Origin: a virus
Strand: one strand, 5' to 3'
IMG/VR virus record: IMGVR_UViG_3300045988_157277
Location: 1-41,821 of that record
Length of the DNA stretch: 41,821 nucleotides
The notes beneath the pieces are model-generated. The model did not search any database, was not told the origin of the DNA, and saw only the letters and a list, made by a program, of their open reading frames with translations. The position numbers and the translations under genes are program-made. The first letter of the stretch is position 1. Each line of letters starts with the position of its first letter. This document shows, in pieces, positions 25,217 through 35,174 of this stretch.

Positions 25217-26152
25217 ATGAAAGTATTAGATGAAAATGGTTTAGAAGTATTAAAGCAATATTTATTAGCTGAATTGCCATTAATTAACCCTAGTGATTGG
25301 GAACAATTAACATCTCCTGGAACAGCAACAATATATAAATTAAAAGTAATTAATAATCAATTAGTAGCACCAGCTTATAGACAAATGTATGCAACAGAAG
25401 ATGGAGAAAATTGGACATCAACAGCATACGGTAGTGCATTAAATGATGTGTGCTATTTTAAAGGAAATTATATAGTTGCTAGAACTGGTGGAGCATACAT
25501 AGGTACTGCATTAGATAATTTAACATATAGTGCTTTTTACAGCAGCATAGCAAATACATGTTGCACTGATGGAAATATAGTTGTTGTAGCTGGAAATGGA
25601 GGTGGGATATGCTATTCTACCGATGGTACAAACTTCATACAAGCAACATCTCCAGTAACAAACGATATATCAGCAAGTATTTACAATAATGGATTGTTTA
25701 TATTAGTTGGAAGAAGTGGAACTATATTGACAAGTGAAGATGGTGTAAATTGGGTAAAAAGAACGAGCAATATTACAACTGGATTAAACGATATTTTCTA
25801 TGATGGTAAAAAATATATAGTTGTAGGTAATAGTAAAGTAATACTAACATCCAATGATGGAATAACATGGACAAATATTACAACTAATCTACCATCAACA
25901 GATATACAAACAATCTATTATCAAGATAATTATTACATTATAACAGCAAGTTCAAACACATTATATTATTCAAAAGACTTAACATCATTTACATCAGTAA
26001 GCATAGATAAAACATGTTATGCTATAGTATATTTTAAAGATCAATTATATATATCTGGAAGTAGTGGATATATTGCCAGAGCATCTATAACAGACCAAAA
26101 ATTAAATTTACAAGAAGTTGCTAATTACTTTCTGAACAAAATAAATAAATAA
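25217..26152 (+). CDS. BNR/Asp-box repeat beta-propeller protein (311 aa). Putative carbohydrate-binding or receptor-binding protein.
   Basis: Repeated S/T-x-D-G-x-x-W/F boxes: TEDGENWTST, YSTDGTNFIQ, TSEDGVNWVK, TSNDGITWTN, YSKDLTSFTS. Confidence 0.6.
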   Translation: MKVLDENGLEVLKQYLLAELPLINPSDWEQLTSPGTATIYKLKVINNQLVAPAYRQMYATEDGENWTSTAYGSALNDVCYFKGNYIVARTGGAYIGTALDNLTYSAFYSSIANTCCTDGNIVVVAGNGGGICYSTDGTNFIQATSPVTNDISASIYNNGLFILVGRSGTILTSEDGVNWVKRTSNITTGLNDIFYDGKKYIVVGNSKVILTSNDGITWTNITTNLPSTDIQTIYYQDNYYIITASSNTLYYSKDLTSFTSVSIDKTCYAIVYFKDQLYISGSSGYIARASITDQKLNLQEVANYFLNKINK

Positions 26153-26164
26153 ATAATCATTTTA

Positions 26165-26210
26165 AACACCATTTAAACACGATTTAAGAGGTGTTTTTAT
26201 TTTTGTGTAT
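26165..26210 (+). terminator. Rho-independent terminator after the RBP-like cluster
   Basis: AAACAC-gatttaagag-GTGTTT followed by TTATTTTTG. Confidence 0.45.
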
Positions 26211-26371
26211 AGTTTATCAAAATAAATAAAAACAAGCGAATAAACCATATAAAAATAACTAGGGGGAGGTAAAAAAAGTTTTTCTGAACCTCTAGGGAAC
26301 GGTGCAGGGGAGGTCTTTGTAGCAAAAACTCCCCAAATGTAAATTTGAAATGACTTCAAGGAGTGAATTTA

Positions 26372-27625
26372 ATGCAGATTGAATTAATCAACATTGATGA
26401 AATTATTCCTTATGAAAATAATGCAAAACTTCATCCGAAAGAGCAAATAGAACAAATTAAAAAATCTATTTTAGAGTTCGGCAATAATGATCCAATAGCA
26501 ATAGATAAAAATAATGTTATTGTTGAAGGTCATGGAAGATTATTAGCATTAAAAGAATTAGGTTATAAAGAAGTTGAAGTTATTAAACTAGGACATTTAA
26601 CTGATGAACAAAGAAAGGCCTATACACTTATTCATAATAAATTAACTATGAATACAGATTTTGATATTGAAATTTTAGAATCAGAATTAGCAGCAATCAA
26701 TATTATTGATATGAGTGATTTTGATTTTGATTTAGATATTGAAATGGAAGAATCAATAATTGAAGATGATTATGATGTAGAGGAAAAGTTAGAACAAATT
26801 GAAGAACCTAAAAGTAAGCTAGGTGATATTTATGAGTTAGGTGAACATAGGTTAATGTGTGGAGATAGTACGCAAAAAGAAGATGTTTTGCGTCTTATGA
26901 ATAATCAAGTTGCAGATATGCTTCTTACTGATCCACCTTACAATGTGAATATTTCTAATTCAGATGGAATGACAATTGAAAACGATAATATGTCAGATGA
27001 TAATTTTAAACAATTTTTAAATGCTGCTTTTCAAACCGCTAGTGCTTCACTTAAAAAAGGTGGAGCATTTTATATTTGGCATGGAGATAGCGAAACAGTT
27101 AATTTTAGAAATGCATGTGAAAATAATGAATTATCAGTTAGACAATGTTTGATTTGGGTTAAGAATGGATTTAATTTTGGTAGGCAAGATTATAAATGGA
27201 AACATGAACCTTGCTTATATGGTTGGAAAGAAGGAGCAAGTCATTATTTTATTGATGAATATAATAATCCTACTGTTATTGAAGATAATTTAAATATTGA
27301 TTTACTAAAGAAAGAAGAATTGAAAAAACTAGTTGAAGAATTGCTATCGGATAGAGTTCCAACAACTATAATTCATGAAGATAAACCATTAAAAAATGAT
27401 AAACATCCAACAATGAAACCAATAAACTTGTTATCATTTCAAATAAAAAATAGTAGTAAGAAAGAAGAAATAGTTCTTGATTTATTTGGTGGAAGCGGAT
27501 CAACGTTAATTGCTTGTGAACAATTAAATAGAAAATGTTACATGATGGAGTACGATCCGAAATATGTTGATGTAATTATTGATAGATGGGAACAATTAAC
27601 TGGAAATAAGGCGGTATTGCTATGA
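26372..27625 (+). CDS. DNA methyltransferase (N6-adenine/N4-cytosine type) fused to an N-terminal ParB-like nuclease domain
   Basis: N-terminal 'PYENNAKLHPKEQIEQIKKSILEFGNNDPIAIDKNNVIVEGHGRLLALKELG' is a ParB/Srx fold. 'LLTDPPYNV' is the DPPY catalytic motif. No restriction enzyme partner, so it is an orphan. Confidence 0.75.
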   Translation: MQIELINIDEIIPYENNAKLHPKEQIEQIKKSILEFGNNDPIAIDKNNVIVEGHGRLLALKELGYKEVEVIKLGHLTDEQRKAYTLIHNKLTMNTDFDIEILESELAAINIIDMSDFDFDLDIEMEESIIEDDYDVEEKLEQIEEPKSKLGDIYELGEHRLMCGDSTQKEDVLRLMNNQVADMLLTDPPYNVNISNSDGMTIENDNMSDDNFKQFLNAAFQTASASLKKGGAFYIWHGDSETVNFRNACENNELSVRQCLIWVKNGFNFGRQDYKWKHEPCLYGWKEGASHYFIDEYNNPTVIEDNLNIDLLKKEELKKLVEELLSDRVPTTIIHEDKPLKNDKHPTMKPINLLSFQIKNSSKKEEIVLDLFGGSGSTLIACEQLNRKCYMMEYDPKYVDVIIDRWEQLTGNKAVLL

Positions 27626-27756
27626 AAGAATTAAAACAATATAAAAAATATTTAACAAAGCAGCAATACAAAACATTAAAAGGTCAAATATTATCAGGTG
27701 ATAAAGAAGGAGCTAAAAAAGGATTAAATAAATTATTAAAAAAAACATGTAATTGA
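27622..27756 (+). CDS. Small basic ORF (44 aa), ATGA-coupled, not in the track
   Basis: Overlaps the MTase stop. K-rich. Confidence 0.3.
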   Translation: MKELKQYKKYLTKQQYKTLKGQILSGDKEGAKKGLNKLLKKTCN

Positions 27757-27788
27757 TGTTTCAAATTGTAAATTAAGGAGGTGATAAC

Positions 27789-28250
27789 GTGGCAAGGCCA
27801 AGACAACCTATTGAACTCATTGAAGCAAAGGGTAAAAAACATTTAACTAAGGCTGAAATTGAAATAAGAAAAAATTCAGAGTTAAAAGTTGATTTAAAAA
27901 ATGTATGTATACCTGATTATTTACCAGCAAAATTAAAAAGTGAATTTGAAGAAATTGCTTCAAAACTTTTACATGTTGGAGTTATGACAGAACTTGATGA
28001 AGATTGTCTTGCACGTTATCTACTTTCAAAACAAAGTTATCTTAAATATACAAGTATGCTTAATAAAGCAACTCAACAAAATAAGATACTGGAAATGGAA
28101 AAATTAATGACTATGCAAGATAAAGCATTTAAACAATGTCGAGCATGTGCTAATGATTTAGGATTAACAATTGCTTCAAGATGTAAACTGGTAATGCCTG
28201 AAACAAAAGAACCACCAAAAGAAAATAAATTTGCGAAGTTTGGTGGTTAG
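27789..28250 (+). CDS. terS: Terminase small subunit, P27 family
   Basis: GTG start with RBS AAGGAGGTGA. 'MARPRQPIELIEAKGKKHLTKAEIE' is the P27-family N-terminus. Directly upstream of TerL. Confidence 0.7.
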   Translation: MARPRQPIELIEAKGKKHLTKAEIEIRKNSELKVDLKNVCIPDYLPAKLKSEFEEIASKLLHVGVMTELDEDCLARYLLSKQSYLKYTSMLNKATQQNKILEMEKLMTMQDKAFKQCRACANDLGLTIASRCKLVMPETKEPPKENKFAKFGG

Positions 28251-28252
28251 TA

Positions 28253-29974
28253 ATGTCTAAAACAGATAGAGTTACTGAATATGCAGAAAGAGTTGTAAAT
28301 GGTGAAATTATTTGTGGACATCTTCATTATTTAGCATGTAAAAGACATTTAAATGATTTGCAAAGACAAAATACTAATGATTTTCCTTATTATTGGGATA
28401 TAAAAGCAAGTGAAAGAATACTTGAATATGCAGAAACTCTAACAATTGCTGAAGGTGGAATACCTAGACCAGTAAAATTAATTGGTTCACAAATTTTTGA
28501 TATTGGTTGTAGGTTCGGTTGGAAAAAGAAAAATGGCTTTAGAAAGTTTAGAAGAAGTTATAAGTCAGAAGCAAGACAAAATGGTAAAACATTTGAAAAT
28601 GGTATTATGGGTACTTACATTGGTAATTTTAGTGGTTATAACTATGGTAAATTATTTACTGTTGCTACTAAAAAAAGACAAGCACGACTTGCTTGGGAGG
28701 AAATGGCCAAATTCATTAAAGTTGATGAAGATTTACAAGAATTATTTGATGTTAAAGATTATAAATCAGTAATTGAATGTAATTTAACTAATTCAACTAT
28801 TGAAGCATTGTCGAAAGAAGCTGGTTTAGATGATGGTTTTAGATCTATATTCAGTTCAATAGATGAAATACACCAGCACAAAGATAATAGAATTTATAAA
28901 GCAATTTATAATGGTACTGGTGCATTAGATGAAACACTAGTAAGTATGATTACTACTAGGGGATTTGATATAAGTCCTGAAAGTTTTAGTTATGAAATGG
29001 ACAATTATGCAGTAAGAGTTTTAGAAGGTACAGTAACTGCAGAAGATCTTTTTGTAGACATATATGCACTTGATAAAGATGATGATATATGGGATGAAAC
29101 AAATTGGATAAAAGCCAATCCTTATTTAGCAAGTACTGAAAAAGGACTTGAAACATTAAGACAAGATGCACAAACTGCTAAAGATATGGGTGGTAGTGAT
29201 TTAAGAGATTTCATTACTAAACGTTTAAATAAATGGGCAAGAGATGAAGATACACAATTTATTGATTTAGAAAAATGGAAAGAATGTGAATCAACTAAAA
29301 CCCTAGAAGATTTTAGAGGTGAATCTTGTTATTGTGGAATAGACTTATCAAGCGGTGGAGACTTAACAAGTATTGCTTTAGAGTTTCATAAAGATAGTAA
29401 GTTTTATTTATACTCACATTCATTTATGCCAAAAGGAAGATTACAAGAGCATATTGAAAGTGATATAGCACCATATGATATATGGGTTAATAATGAATTA
29501 CTAACTGTTACTGGTGGAGTAAATGAATATAAGAATGATTATAAATTTATTATTGCTCATTTAAAAAAGATAATAGAAGAATATCAATTAAATGTTAAAG
29601 CTATAGGTTATGATCCTCATAATGCCGATGGCTTTTTAAGTGATTTAGAAGAATTGGGTATTCCGTTATTGGAAGTTACTCAAAGTGCTAAATTTCTAAA
29701 TGATGCTACTGTAGATATGCAATTAAATGTTAAATCAGGTGTAATTGAATATAACAAATTTAATGAATTATTATCATGGAGTTTTAGTAATGCAAAAGTA
29801 GTTGCTAACTCATTCGGAGAGATTAAAGTTGATAAAGAACCTAAAGCAAGAAACAAAAGAATAGATCCAGTTGATGCTTGTATAGATGCTCATGTTGCTT
29901 ACATGAAGTTTAAAGAAGATATAAATTTAGAAGCAGAGATGGAAAATTATTTAGAAGCTATGGGTTGGAATTAA
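28253..29974 (+). CDS. terL: Terminase large subunit (Terminase_1/HK97-like, 573 aa)
   Basis: Size, position and ATPase/nuclease architecture. Followed by the portal. Confidence 0.8.
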   Translation: MSKTDRVTEYAERVVNGEIICGHLHYLACKRHLNDLQRQNTNDFPYYWDIKASERILEYAETLTIAEGGIPRPVKLIGSQIFDIGCRFGWKKKNGFRKFRRSYKSEARQNGKTFENGIMGTYIGNFSGYNYGKLFTVATKKRQARLAWEEMAKFIKVDEDLQELFDVKDYKSVIECNLTNSTIEALSKEAGLDDGFRSIFSSIDEIHQHKDNRIYKAIYNGTGALDETLVSMITTRGFDISPESFSYEMDNYAVRVLEGTVTAEDLFVDIYALDKDDDIWDETNWIKANPYLASTEKGLETLRQDAQTAKDMGGSDLRDFITKRLNKWARDEDTQFIDLEKWKECESTKTLEDFRGESCYCGIDLSSGGDLTSIALEFHKDSKFYLYSHSFMPKGRLQEHIESDIAPYDIWVNNELLTVTGGVNEYKNDYKFIIAHLKKIIEEYQLNVKAIGYDPHNADGFLSDLEELGIPLLEVTQSAKFLNDATVDMQLNVKSGVIEYNKFNELLSWSFSNAKVVANSFGEIKVDKEPKARNKRIDPVDACIDAHVAYMKFKEDINLEAEMENYLEAMGWN

Positions 29975-29992
29975 AAAAGAAAGGTAGGTGAA

Positions 29993-31288
29993 ATGATGAA
30001 AATATTTAATAAATGGGAAATAAAAAAAGTTGAAAATAGTACTGGATATGATAAAACAGAGTGGATTAAACTTGCTGATTTTTTAGGTATTGATAAAGAT
30101 ATGGATAAAGATGCACGTTCAGAAGCAACATATTTTGCTTGTTTAAAAATATTAAGTGAAGCGGTTGGCAAACTTCCATTAAAACTTTTAAGAAAAACTA
30201 AAAAAGATGGTGTAATAGAAGCAACAAAGCATCCATTATACAATGTTGTAAGAAACAGGCCTAATAGGTTTATGACTTCAACAACATTCTGGAGTACCAA
30301 TGAATATTATAGAGATCATTTTGGAAATGCAGTATCAATGATTGTTGGATATGGTGCAAATATGCAGTTAATACCATTAGATTATTCAAAATTAGAAATT
30401 TGGTATGATGATGGAAAATTATTAAGTGAAATTCCTGATGTATGGTATTTATATAATACTGGTGAAAAATATTATAAATTATCGAGTGAGCAAGTACTAC
30501 ATTTTAAAACTTCAATAACTGAAAATGGAATAAAAGGTTTAAGTGTTAGAGAAATGCTAGAATCAACAATTGAAGGTAATCAAAAAGCACAGAAAATACA
30601 AAATACATTATATGATACTGGTTTCACTGCTAAAGCAGTAGTTCAATACACTGGTGCATTAAATGATGAAAATGTAAAAAAATTCCTTCAAAATATAGAA
30701 AATTATGCAAAAGGAAATGTTGATGTAGGAAAAGGAATAGTTCCAATTCCATTAGGTTCTACAATAACACCATTAAATACTAAATTAGCAGATAATGAAT
30801 TTTTAGAGTTAAAAAAATATAGTGCTTTACAAATTGCTGCAGCATTTGGTATTAAACCAGTGCAAATTAATGATTATTCAAAGTCAAGTTATGCTTCTAG
30901 TGAAAATCAAAACTTGGCTTTTTTAGTTGATACATTACTTTTTATATTGAAACAATATGAAGAAGAACTAAATTATAAATTATTGAGTGACTTAGAAATA
31001 AAACAAGGTTATTTCTTTAAATTTAATACTGGAATGCTATTAAGAGCGGATATGAAAACTCAAATAGAAAGTATTACTCAAGCAATTAGTAATGGACTAT
31101 ATACACCAAATGAAGGTAGAGCATTTTTAGATCTAGAAGCTAAAGAAGGCGGAGATAGTCTAATAGTAAATGGTTCAATGATTAGAGTTGAACAAGTTGG
31201 CTCACAATATGGAGCAAATAATAATAGTTCTATCGGTTCTAATGAACCTTTAGATAAAAATGCTAATGGTGAAGGAGGTGATGAATAA
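29993..31288 (+). CDS. Portal protein (HK97 family)
   Basis: 431 aa, between TerL and the prohead protease. Matches the HK97 portal motif order. Confidence 0.75.
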   Translation: MMKIFNKWEIKKVENSTGYDKTEWIKLADFLGIDKDMDKDARSEATYFACLKILSEAVGKLPLKLLRKTKKDGVIEATKHPLYNVVRNRPNRFMTSTTFWSTNEYYRDHFGNAVSMIVGYGANMQLIPLDYSKLEIWYDDGKLLSEIPDVWYLYNTGEKYYKLSSEQVLHFKTSITENGIKGLSVREMLESTIEGNQKAQKIQNTLYDTGFTAKAVVQYTGALNDENVKKFLQNIENYAKGNVDVGKGIVPIPLGSTITPLNTKLADNEFLELKKYSALQIAAAFGIKPVQINDYSKSSYASSENQNLAFLVDTLLFILKQYEEELNYKLLSDLEIKQGYFFKFNTGMLLRADMKTQIESITQAISNGLYTPNEGRAFLDLEAKEGGDSLIVNGSMIRVEQVGSQYGANNNSSIGSNEPLDKNANGEGGDE

Positions 31289-32166
31289 TGAATAAGAAGT
31301 TTTATGAGTTCAAAAACATAACTTCATCAGAGGCTGATTTGTTCATATATGGCGAAATAGTACAAGAAAAGTCTGTTGATTGGTGGACTGGAGAAGAAAG
31401 CAAAACTGATGTTGGATTAATGGATTTTAAAGAACAACTTGATAATATCGGTAATGTTCAAAAATTAAATATATACATTAATTCACCAGGCGGTGATGTT
31501 TTTACTGCTTCAACAATGATTAGTATGTTACAAAGGCTAAAAGATAAAGGAACAACTATTAATGCTTATGTAGATGGATTAAGTGCAAGTGCAGCTTCAT
31601 TTTTAATGATGGTTGCAGACAATGTTAATCTTTATAAAAATTCTACTGTAATGGTACATAAACCTATGTCATATGCGGTTGGAAATGCTAATGATATGCA
31701 AAAAACTATTGATGCATTAAATAAAATTGAAGAATCAGTAATGATGCCTATGTATATGAACAAGTCAAAAGTTAGTGAAGAAGAAATAAAATCACTAATT
31801 GATGCTGAAACTTGGTTAAGTGCAAATGAAATGGATAAATATTTCAATGTTACTTTACTAGATGAAGAAAAAACAGCAGTAGCAAGTATATCAAGTAATT
31901 TATTCAAAAATTACAAAAATGTACCTGATTTTATTAAAAATTCACTAAAAAAAGTGCAAAATGAGGAAAAAACCGAAGAAAATGCACAAAAAAATGAAGA
32001 AATAGTGCAAAATGAACCAATTCAAGAAGAAAAACCTATTGAAAATAGTGAAAATGAAACTATTTCAACAGAAAACCAATCAAAAGAACAAGAAATTAAG
32101 GCTAGATTAAAACTAGTCAATATCTCATTAAAATTAAAAGAAATAGAAGAAAGAGAGGATGATTAA
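31288..32166 (+). CDS. Prohead maturation protease (ClpP-like, S14)
   Basis: 'INSPGGDVFTASTMISMLQ' and 'MVHKPM' are ClpP-family catalytic Ser and His contexts. Confidence 0.75.
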   Translation: MNKKFYEFKNITSSEADLFIYGEIVQEKSVDWWTGEESKTDVGLMDFKEQLDNIGNVQKLNIYINSPGGDVFTASTMISMLQRLKDKGTTINAYVDGLSASAASFLMMVADNVNLYKNSTVMVHKPMSYAVGNANDMQKTIDALNKIEESVMMPMYMNKSKVSEEEIKSLIDAETWLSANEMDKYFNVTLLDEEKTAVASISSNLFKNYKNVPDFIKNSLKKVQNEEKTEENAQKNEEIVQNEPIQEEKPIENSENETISTENQSKEQEIKARLKLVNISLKLKEIEEREDD

Positions 32167-32168
32167 AT

Positions 32169-33287
32169 ATGAATAAAAAAATGAGAGAAATTAAAGCACA
32201 AATGGATGCATTAAATGAAGAAGCAAAATCTAAATTTGAAGCAAAAGATTATGAAGGAGCAGAAAGTATAGTTGCTGAAATAGAAGCACTTGAAAAAGCT
32301 TATAAAACTGCTGAAAAATTATTTCAAGGTGAAAAGGAAGAAGTAACTGATGAAGTAGTTAATAAAGCAAAATCAGTAAATAAAGTTAAAGCATTTGCTG
32401 ATAACATTAAAAAAATTAGAAATTCAATGAATGAAGGAACTGGAACTGATGGTGGTTATACAGTACCAGAAGATGTTTCAACTGATATTGAAAAATTAAG
32501 AGAGGCTAAATTCTCACTTGAACAATTAGTAAGTGTAGAATCAGTTTCAACAATGAGTGGTTCAAGAACTTACAAAAAGAGAAGTTCACAAACTGGATTT
32601 AGTAAAGTAGGAGAAGGTACTGCAATTGGTGCAAAAGCTACACCACAATATGATAGAATATCTTATACTATTGATAAATATGCAGGTATTTTACCAGTAA
32701 CAAATGAATTATTTGAAGATAGTGATGCTAATATCTATAACGAATTAACACAATGGATTGCAGATGAAAGTAGAGTTACAAGAAACAAATTAATTCTTGA
32801 AGCTATTAATACAAAAGAAGCAGTTGCATTAACTGGTTTAGATGATATTAAGAAAGCATTAAATGTAACTTTAGGTCAAGCATTTAAACCAACTTCAGTA
32901 ATCGTTACTAATGATGATGGATTACAATATTTAGATACTTTAAAAGATAAAGATGATAATTATGTATTAAGTGCTAGTCCAGCTGATCCAATGAAATTAG
33001 TTTTAGCTGCTGGTGCAACTACTATTCCAGTTAAAGTAGTTCCAAATGCTGATTTAGCAACTACTGATAATAAAGTTCCATTTATTATTGGAGACTTAAA
33101 AGAAGGTATTAAATTATTTGATAGAAAGAAATTAAATATCATGACTTCAAATACAGCAGCTGCTGGTGATTTAAATGCATTTGAACAAGATTTAACACTA
33201 TTCAGAGCAATTGAAAGAGAAGATGTTGTTGTTCGTGATGCACAAGCATTTGTTAATGGATATATTACTGTAACTGCATCTGCATAA
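32169..33287 (+). CDS. Major capsid protein (HK97 fold) with an N-terminal coiled-coil delta domain
   Basis: 372 aa immediately after the protease. Coiled-coil N-terminus then a capsid core. Confidence 0.75.
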   Translation: MNKKMREIKAQMDALNEEAKSKFEAKDYEGAESIVAEIEALEKAYKTAEKLFQGEKEEVTDEVVNKAKSVNKVKAFADNIKKIRNSMNEGTGTDGGYTVPEDVSTDIEKLREAKFSLEQLVSVESVSTMSGSRTYKKRSSQTGFSKVGEGTAIGAKATPQYDRISYTIDKYAGILPVTNELFEDSDANIYNELTQWIADESRVTRNKLILEAINTKEAVALTGLDDIKKALNVTLGQAFKPTSVIVTNDDGLQYLDTLKDKDDNYVLSASPADPMKLVLAAGATTIPVKVVPNADLATTDNKVPFIIGDLKEGIKLFDRKKLNIMTSNTAAAGDLNAFEQDLTLFRAIEREDVVVRDAQAFVNGYITVTASA

Positions 33288-33302
33288 TAGGAGGTGTTTT
33301 AA

Positions 33303-33581
33303 ATGCCTACAATAGATGAAATCAAAGACTATTTAGGAATTGATTATAATGATGATGTTTCAAATAGAAACATTAAAAAATATATGAGTGTCGCTGATAG
33401 TTGGTTAAAAGGTGCTATTGGAGAAAATTATCCTAAAAATGATGAAAGGGCTAAACAATTAGCTCTTTTTGTCATTGAGGATTTATATGATAGAGGTTCA
33501 TATTCTGTAAAAGAAAATAAGAACATTGAAAAAATGAAAAACGACTTTATAATGCAACTTCAATGTGAAGGTAGAAAGTAA
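33303..33581 (+). CDS. Head-tail connector (gp6-like)
   Basis: 'IDEIKDYLGIDYNDD' is the characteristic N-terminus. Confidence 0.6.
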   Translation: MPTIDEIKDYLGIDYNDDVSNRNIKKYMSVADSWLKGAIGENYPKNDERAKQLALFVIEDLYDRGSYSVKENKNIEKMKNDFIMQLQCEGRK

Positions 33582-33904
33582 TGGCTAGTTATAATACACC
33601 AATACTAATTCAAAAGTTAGATGTAGATACTGAAAAATGGAGTAATTATTATTCAACTCATGCAAATATTAATAAAGCAACTGGTAAGGAATATTTTAAT
33701 GCTTCATCAAATATAAGTAGTTCTACATATAATTTTAAAGTTAGATATTGTGAAAAAATAAAAGATTTATTATTTAATACTGAAATATATAGAGTTGTTT
33801 ATGAAAGTCGCTGCTATGATATTAAAAATGCTGATAGATATGCTGAAAATAAAACAGAAATAACTATTATAGGTGATTATAATGGCAAGACATACACCAA
33901 TTGA
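33581..33904 (+). CDS. Head-tail adaptor or head closure protein
   Basis: Position and size (107 aa). Confidence 0.45.
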   Translation: MASYNTPILIQKLDVDTEKWSNYYSTHANINKATGKEYFNASSNISSSTYNFKVRYCEKIKDLLFNTEIYRVVYESRCYDIKNADRYAENKTEITIIGDYNGKTYTN

Positions 33905-34274
33905 AAGAATTAGTGAAGAAATAAACAATGAACTAAAATTATATAGTTCAGAAGTTGTTGCTGGAATGAAAAAGGCTAATGATAAGTGCATGAAAGAATT
34001 TGTAGAAGATACAAAAAGAGATGCACCTAGAGGCCAAAGACAAAAATATTATAAAAATATTACTAGTAAAACAACTTTAGATACACCTAATCGAAAAGTC
34101 AATACATGGTATGTTAAAGATCCAGAATATCGCTTAACGCACTTAATTAAAAATGGCCATGCTACTAGAAATGGTGATAGAACTAAAAAGAATGATTTTA
34201 TTGATAAAAATTATGATAAATTAGAAAAAAATTTTGAAAAGGAAGTAAAGGAGGTTATTCAAAATGGACATTAA
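33882..34274 (+). CDS. HK97 gp10-like neck protein
   Basis: 'MARHTPIERISEEINNELKLYSSEVV...' is the gp10-family N-terminus. Confidence 0.55.
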   Translation: MARHTPIERISEEINNELKLYSSEVVAGMKKANDKCMKEFVEDTKRDAPRGQRQKYYKNITSKTTLDTPNRKVNTWYVKDPEYRLTHLIKNGHATRNGDRTKKNDFIDKNYDKLEKNFEKEVKEVIQNGH

Positions 34275-34596
34275 AAAATGGTTTGAAGATGGAACTAATT
34301 TAAAAATTAAAGAAAATCGTACTAGAAAAATAACCACTCTTCCTTACAATATTTTTATTGATGATAAATATTTTAGAGGTGCTGATGATAAGAATAATAT
34401 TATAGAGCATAATGTTACATTTGAACATTATAGTGAAACTATAAATACAGAAGATGAAACAATAATTGAAAACTTTTTAAATAAAGAAGCGATACATTTT
34501 GAAAAAAATAGAGAGTGGCTACAAGATGAAGAAATGTGGGTTACACTCTATGAATTAGACACATTTTTAGAAAAATTAAGAAAGGAAGGTAATTAA
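34264..34596 (+). CDS. Tail completion protein (putative)
   Basis: Position between the neck protein and the major tail protein. Confidence 0.4.
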   Translation: MDIKKWFEDGTNLKIKENRTRKITTLPYNIFIDDKYFRGADDKNNIIEHNVTFEHYSETINTEDETIIENFLNKEAIHFEKNREWLQDEEMWVTLYELDTFLEKLRKEGN

Positions 34597-34598
34597 AA

Positions 34599-35159
34599 AT
34601 GGGTAAAAGAAGTAATGAAACTATCACATTAGGTAGTGGTAAATTATATTGTATGGAATATCCATCAACTGGAATAATGCCAGAAGATACTGCTATTGAA
34701 ACAGAAGAAAATAGATTAGCTTGGATTAAAGGCGGTGCTTCACTTGAATATAGTGGTGAGTTCTACGATGCAAAAGATGATTTAGGAATGGTATCAAAAA
34801 GGAAATTAACAACAGAAGATGTAAAATTAAAATCAGGTATCATGACTTGGAACGGTCAAGTTCTTAAAAAATTATGTTCTACAGCAAGAGTATCAGAAGA
34901 AAGTGGTGTTAGAACTGTTAAAATTGGTGGAACTGGTAACGATGATGGAAAAGTTTATATTTTTCACTTCTTACATGAAGATCCAGTTGATGGTAATGTA
35001 AGAATTACTATGGTTGGACAAAATACAAGTGGCTTTACATTACAATTTGCTGCAGATGCTGAAACAGTTATTGATGCAGAAATTAGTGCTGTTGCTGGTA
35101 AACTTGATAATGCTGGTACACTAGTAATTCTTAAAGAAGAAATTGATGCTACTGCATAA
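34599..35159 (+). CDS. Major tail protein (186 aa)
   Basis: Position immediately upstream of the G/GT chaperones. RBS AAGGAAGGT. Confidence 0.65.
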   Translation: MGKRSNETITLGSGKLYCMEYPSTGIMPEDTAIETEENRLAWIKGGASLEYSGEFYDAKDDLGMVSKRKLTTEDVKLKSGIMTWNGQVLKKLCSTARVSEESGVRTVKIGGTGNDDGKVYIFHFLHEDPVDGNVRITMVGQNTSGFTLQFAADAETVIDAEISAVAGKLDNAGTLVILKEEIDATA

Positions 35160-35174
35160 TAGGAGGTATTTTAA

